Made by a program: the position numbers and the translations under genes. The notes under the pieces are model-generated. The model saw only the letters and a program-made list of their open reading frames with translations, ran no database searches and was not told the origin of the DNA. Shown here piece after piece: positions 15,722 to 18,619 of a DNA stretch of 18,619 nt. Position 1 is the stretch's first letter; every line of letters begins with the position of its first letter. This DNA is from Nitrospinota bacterium (GTDB lineage Bacteria; UBA8248): positions 1 to 18,619 of the forward strand of contig JAZAHK010000035.1 of the NCBI GenBank assembly GCA_036231405.1, read 5' to 3'.

Positions 15722-17176
15722 TTGAGTATTCGTATATTTAATACATTATCTAAAAAGAAAGAACTCTTCGAGCCTCTAAAATCAAACCACGTAAGAATTT
15801 ACGTTTGTGGGGTTACAGTATATGACGATTGTCATTTAGGTCACGCACGAGCAGCTGTAGTCTTTGACGTTGTGAGAAGATATTTTGATTTTTCTGGTTT
15901 TAAAGTAGATTTTATTTGTAATTTTACTGATGTGGATGACAAGATTATATCAAGAGCTGCAAGACTTGGAATCTCTATTTCTGATTTAACAACTAAATAC
16001 ATTGAACAGTTCTATGAAGATATGGATACCCTAGGTGTAAGAAGGGCTAATGTAAGTCCTAGAGCAACAGAGCATATCGATGAAATGATAGAGATGATAT
16101 CTACTTTAATAGAAAAGGGTCTTGCCTATTCATCTGACGGAGATGTCTATTTCGATGTTTCTAGGTTCAAAGGCTATGGAAAACTTTCTAATAGAAAAAT
16201 TGAGGAACTTGAGACCGGTCATAGGATTGAGCCAGGAAAGAACAAACGAAATCCTCTAGATTTTTCGCTTTGGAAATCATCAAAGGAAGGTGAACCTTTT
16301 TGGGAAAGTCCTTGGGGACCTGGTAGGCCTGGTTGGCATATAGAGTGTTCTGCTATGTCAAGTAAGTATTTGGGTGAGAGATTTGATATACATGGAGGAG
16401 GAGAGGATCTTGTGTTTCCCCATCATGAGAATGAAATAGCACAGAGTGAAGGATGTTTCGGTCATCATTGGGTCAACTTTTGGATGCACAATGGTTTTGT
16501 TCGGATAAATCATGAAAAAATGAGCAAATCAAAAGGAAATTTCTTCACTCTAAAAAAAATCTATGAAACTTTCCATCCAGAACTTGTTAGATTTTTTATC
16601 TTGAGTGCCCATTATAGGAATCCTATTGATTTTTCTTATCAGGTTATGAGTGATGCCTCTAAGGGGCTTGATCGACTCTATAATTTTTTATTGAAATTAA
16701 ATACTACCTCTACAAAGAAGAATGAGACTGTTTTTTCTATAATTGAAAATTGCACAATGGAGTTTAGAGATGCATTTTCTCAAGCTATGGATGACGATTT
16801 CAATAGTGCACGCGCATTAGGCTATCTATTTGATTATTCAAAAAAAATTAATGGAATACTAAATAAAAACAAGTCAATTATTCCAGAAGATGCCGCTATG
16901 ATTGTTAAGGAACAATTTAAGAACGTTGGTGGAGTGTTTGGTCTTTTTGCTTACTCTCCCGAGGATTGGTTTAAATTAAGGGGTAAAGGAAGTAAATTCG
17001 AAGAAGGAAATCAGACTTTCAGTCTTGATGAGATAGAAAGGTTAATTAAACTACGCGAAGGAGCAAGGGAGAAAAAGAATTATGAACTTGCTGATAAAAT
17101 TCGTGATGAATTAGAGGATTTAGGGGTTTTGGTAGAAGATAGCAACAATGGAACTATATGGAAAATGATGAAATGA
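15722..17176 (+). CDS. cysS: Cysteine--tRNA ligase
   Basis: YVCGVTVYD..HLGH, NFTDVDDKII, GRPGWHIECSAM, DIHGGGEDLVFPHHENE and KMSKS motifs. Confidence 0.99.
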   Translation: MSIRIFNTLSKKKELFEPLKSNHVRIYVCGVTVYDDCHLGHARAAVVFDVVRRYFDFSGFKVDFICNFTDVDDKIISRAARLGISISDLTTKYIEQFYEDMDTLGVRRANVSPRATEHIDEMIEMISTLIEKGLAYSSDGDVYFDVSRFKGYGKLSNRKIEELETGHRIEPGKNKRNPLDFSLWKSSKEGEPFWESPWGPGRPGWHIECSAMSSKYLGERFDIHGGGEDLVFPHHENEIAQSEGCFGHHWVNFWMHNGFVRINHEKMSKSKGNFFTLKKIYETFHPELVRFFILSAHYRNPIDFSYQVMSDASKGLDRLYNFLLKLNTTSTKKNETVFSIIENCTMEFRDAFSQAMDDDFNSARALGYLFDYSKKINGILNKNKSIIPEDAAMIVKEQFKNVGGVFGLFAYSPEDWFKLRGKGSKFEEGNQTFSLDEIERLIKLREGAREKKNYELADKIRDELEDLGVLVEDSNNGTIWKMMK

Positions 17177-17955
17177 AAATAAAGAAAAATGTTCCAGTAC
17201 AATTAGTGTGTGGTTTTCATTCAGTTTGTGCTGCACTTAAATCCGGAAGAGTTGAATCTCTTTATATTTCGGAAACTAAAAACAACAAACAACTCAAAAT
17301 TGCAAAAAATCTAGCAGTAAAATTAAATGTAGATATTCAAGAGTGTTCAGTGGATAAATTGTCTGAAATGACATCAATAAAGGGACATCAAGGATTTGTT
17401 GCTAAAGTATTCCCACCCAAGGTTTTATCCTTGGAGAAATTTCTGGAAAATCAACCCGATACGAGGCCACCTCTTATTATGTTGGATAGAATACAAGATC
17501 CTCGTAATTTTGGTTCTATCATTAGAACTGCTTCTGCTTTAGGTGCTGGTGGTGTTTTGTACACAAAAAATGGTTCTTCGAAATTGACCGCATCGGTTTC
17601 TAAAGTTGCATCAGGAGGGTTAGAATCTTTACCAATTATGTCGGTAAATAACTTAGTTCGAACGGTTGAAAAATTAAAATCTAGAGGGTATTGGATCTTA
17701 GCGGGAGACCCAGAAGGTGATGTTATCCTTGGTAGTCAAGAATTTCCGAATCCTATTGTTTTAATAGTAGGAGGTGAGGGTACTGGAATACGTAGGTTAG
17801 TTTTAAATTCTTGTGATTTCAGGGTTCGTATTTCTTTACAACCTAGGAATGAGATTGCATCTTTGAATGCATCAGTTGCTACAGGTATACTTCTTCATGA
17901 AATAATCGTTAAAAGAAAAGATCGAGCGAAAGCAATGGATAATAAATTTCGTTGA
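17173..17955 (+). CDS. rlmB: 23S rRNA (guanosine-2251-2'-O)-methyltransferase RlmB (SpoU/TrmH family)
   Basis: HQGFVA, LDRIQDPRNFGSIIRTA, VGGEGTGIRRLV and SLNASVATGILL motifs. The ATG at 17173 overlaps the cysS stop (ATGA) and is preferred over 17158. Confidence 0.93.
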   Translation: MKIKKNVPVQLVCGFHSVCAALKSGRVESLYISETKNNKQLKIAKNLAVKLNVDIQECSVDKLSEMTSIKGHQGFVAKVFPPKVLSLEKFLENQPDTRPPLIMLDRIQDPRNFGSIIRTASALGAGGVLYTKNGSSKLTASVSKVASGGLESLPIMSVNNLVRTVEKLKSRGYWILAGDPEGDVILGSQEFPNPIVLIVGGEGTGIRRLVLNSCDFRVRISLQPRNEIASLNASVATGILLHEIIVKRKDRAKAMDNKFR

Positions 17956-17977
17956 TGGTCTGAACCATGATAAGGGG

Positions 17978-18006
17978 TTGACAAATTTTTTAATGGGTCT
18001 TAAGTT
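17978..18006 (+). promoter_or_regulatory. sigma70-type promoter of the tRNA-tuf operon
   Basis: TTGACA (17978-17983), 17-nt spacer, TAAGTT (18001-18006), then a GC-rich discriminator-like CCCGC. The -10 ends 10 nt before the first tRNA. Confidence 0.75.
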
Positions 18007-18016
18007 AACCCGCTTT

Positions 18017-18092
18017 GCTGGCGTAGCTCAGTTGGTAGAGCAGCTGATTTGTAATCAGCAGGTCGGAGGTTCAAGTCCTCTCGCCAGCTCCA
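18017..18092 (+). tRNA. tRNA-Thr(UGU)
   Basis: 76 nt; acceptor GCTGGCG/CGCCAGC; anticodon arm GCTGA-TTTGTAA-TCAGC; GGTTCAAGTCC T-arm; encoded CCA. Confidence 0.98.
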
Positions 18093-18113
18093 TGGAAAAA
18101 TTAGTTTTTATTA

Positions 18114-18198
18114 GGGGAGGTTCCCGAGTGGTCAAAGGGATCAGACTGTAAATCTGACGGCTAAGCCTTCGGAGGTTCAAATCCTCCCCTCCCCACCA
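18114..18198 (+). tRNA. tRNA-Tyr(GUA)
   Basis: 85 nt; acceptor GGGGAGG/CCTCCCC; anticodon arm TCAGA-CTGTAAA-TCTGA; long variable arm GGC-TAA-GCC; encoded CCA. Confidence 0.98.
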
Positions 18199-18210
18199 AA
18201 ATTTTAAGGT

Positions 18211-18286
18211 GCGGGAATAGCTCAATTGGTAGAGCATCAGCCTTCCAAGCTGAGGGTCGCGGGTTCGAATCCCGTTTCCCGCTCCA
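18211..18286 (+). tRNA. tRNA-Gly(UCC)
   Basis: 76 nt; acceptor GCGGGAA/TTCCCGC; anticodon arm TCAGC-CTTCCAA-GCTGA; GGTTCGAATCC T-arm; encoded CCA. Confidence 0.98.
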
Positions 18287-18336
18287 AATTTTGTTATGGA
18301 AGTTGTAAACTGGATTTTGATGAAATGTTGTTGAAT

Positions 18337-18412
18337 GCCCACGTAGCTCAGCCGGCAGAGCGCTTCCATGGTAAGGAAGAGGTCATCGGTTCAATCCCGG
18401 TCGTGGGCTCCA
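18337..18412 (+). tRNA. tRNA-Thr(GGU)
   Basis: 76 nt; acceptor GCCCACG/CGTGGGC; anticodon arm CTTCC-ATGGTAA-GGAAG; encoded CCA. Confidence 0.97.
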
Positions 18413-18505
18413 ATTGTTTTTTTTTGATTTATATATTTTTAAAATTACGAGGATGTGGTAGAAGAATCATTCCCTTTTAATTTTTAATTGGAGATTTAAT
18501 AAATT

Positions 18506-18619
18506 ATGGCTAAGGCGAAGTTTGAGCGTACGAAACCACATGTGAATGTAGGAACGATTGGTCACGTTGATCATGGGAAGACGACCTTGACGGCGGCTAT
18601 TACCAAGCATTTGTCTGAT
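18506..18619 (+). CDS. tuf: Elongation factor Tu (5' part, runs off the window; absent from the ORF track)
   Basis: Translates as [44 protein letters not shown] upstream; follows the Thr-Tyr-Gly-Thr tRNA cluster as in the classic tufB operon. Confidence 0.99.
   Translation, partial: MAKAKFERTKPHVNVGTIGHVDHGKTTLTAAITKHLSD

Noticed and set aside
15833-15845. HLGH instead of HIGH in CysRS
   Set aside because: A common variant of the class I synthetase signature.
18363-18379. Purine (A) at position 32 of the tRNA-Thr(GGU) anticodon loop
   Set aside because: From recall, the same CTTCC-ATGGTAA-GGAAG arm occurs in other bacterial tRNA-Thr(GGU) genes such as Bacillus, so it is not unusual.
18055-18480. 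ORFs 18055-18369 (-) and 18226-18480 (+)
   Set aside because: Spurious translations across the tRNA genes.
18451-18485. Weak hairpin plus T-run between tRNA-Thr and tuf as an attenuator
   Set aside because: The stem needs a bulge and two G-U pairs, which is too weak to call by eye in AT-rich DNA.
1-18619. CRISPR arrays, insertion sequences, integrases, prophage or defence genes, including at the tRNA cluster
   Set aside because: I saw no regularly spaced repeats, terminal inverted repeats, duplicated tRNA 3' ends or recombinase-like ORFs.

Overview
AT-rich bacterial chromosomal window made mostly of housekeeping genes, with no mobile element, CRISPR array or rRNA. In order: a CIRCE/HrcA-controlled groES-groEL operon with a terminator; a TonB-family protein; a DtxR/MntR regulator with a Mn-type ligand signature; a 4-His cupin; gpsA; an M50-type peptidase; a Gfo/Idh/MocA oxidoreductase; a lone xanthine-dehydrogenase-family molybdopterin subunit; two minus-strand genes; a YrbG-type cation antiporter; a parvulin-type foldase; dcd; moaC; ispD-ispF-cysS-rlmB; tRNA-Thr/Tyr/Gly/Thr; and the start of tuf. 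Main finding: the two short minus-strand ORFs at 10194-10406 and 9924-10181 read as one 160-aa OsmC/Ohr-like gene. An in-frame UGA sits at the first catalytic Cys position and is followed by a GC-rich bacterial SECIS-like hairpin, so this is a probable selenoprotein that the ORF caller split. Second finding: ispD has no canonical start codon upstream of its conserved N-terminal motif. An out-of-frame ATG joins it only through a -1 shift in an A8 run, which could be slippage or a homopolymer sequencing error.
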